Shown: piece by piece, positions 63,191-64,000 of the stretch
Layout of the letters: the number at the start of each line of letters is the position of its first letter
Position numbering within the stretch: position 1 is the stretch's first letter
NCBI RefSeq assembly: GCF_003918875.1
Contig: NW_025766869.1
Span: 434,001-498,000, forward strand
DNA: 64,000 nucleotides
Direction of reading: 5' to 3'
From: Haliotis rubra
Taxonomy: Eukaryota
Notes under the pieces: generated by a model
Told to the model about the DNA's origin: nothing
The model's database searches: none
Seen by the model: the letters and a program-made list of their open reading frames with translations, nothing else
Made by a program: the position numbers and the translations under genes

Positions 63191-64000
63191 AAGTGATTGT
63201 CAGTTGTGTGTAATTGTGAAACAAGTAAAGACTGTAAAACCAGTGAAAGACTGTCAAACCACTGAAAGACAGTAAAACCTATTAGTTTTTTTCATGATAA
63301 ATCCATGTCTCCATGCAAAGTCTGAGAATTCTCAGAATGAATAAAGATGTCCTACCAACCAACACTGTCATTTTTGGAAACTTCTGTAGGCAGAGTGGGA
63401 AGACATCATAGAATTAACCAGCTAACTAGTCAAGTTCATTTTAGCAAGGGTAGAACAGGTCAGATCGGTGTATTCACTTCCTGATCACTGGACCGTATCA
63501 TGTTGTTTTAACCTGTAGGCAATATGGGAATACACCGAATAATGACAAAATTTAATGCACCCTCTTCGATGTTAGTCAAAATATTGATTTTAACTGGAGC
63601 TGTGTCCAATACTTTGAATGTGTTGTGGATCTCTTCAAGAAAGCACCGAATATAGCCTCAAAAACAGTATTTATTTTAAAATAGTCTTTGTTAAAATAGC
63701 TAAAGCGAAGGAGGCACAAACGAACGTTGAACACTAGACTAACAACTAGTCTCTGAAATGAACATATTTTACTGAAAAAAGTTCAGAGTATCACGCCGAA
63801 GACCTGGGTTCGATTCCCCACATGGGCACAATGTGTGAAGCCCATTTCTGGTGTCCCCGCCGTGATATTGCTGGAATATTGCTAAAAGCGGCGTAAAACT
63901 AAAACTCAGTCAGTCAGTCAGTTCATAGTAAAAAAAAAATAATATAATGAAAAAGGAGCCCTGAGACTTTCTTCATTTTCAGACTGAGGAAATCTAGACT

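Noticed and set aside
3843-63919. tRNA genes suggested by A/B boxes
   Set aside because: All are SINE heads attached to a common body and tail, often with TSDs.

Overview
AT-rich eukaryotic (animal) genomic DNA with GT-AG introns and three assembly gaps. The SINE families look molluscan, probably gastropod/abalone-like (recognition, not verified). Three minus-strand genes can be reconstructed exon by exon. (1) 18129 to <145: a secreted polyprotein built by tandem amplification of a two-exon module (exon A 167 nt + exon B 49 nt = 72 aa). It has at least 12 A and 11 B exons, and each copy ends in H-G-K-R followed by a short acidic spacer (DLSER). This predicts at least 11 ~64-aa Cys-free, amphipathic, C-terminally amidated peptides; the gene runs off the left edge. 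(2) 31816-25509: a 303-aa paralog with the same signal peptide and module present once, lacking GKR, followed by an apolipoprotein-like helical tail. (3) 60684-50275: an FYTTD1/UIF-like mRNA-export adaptor with three single-base indels in its coding frame. The rest is repeat-rich: four SINE families (one headless, with a fixed 5' end and a predicted pseudoknot), several MITEs (some nested), a decayed Tc1 inserted in a 40/44-bp satellite next to a 28S rRNA fragment, a MULE transposase remnant, a hammerhead-like Penelope-type inverted repeat, and mini/microsatellites.
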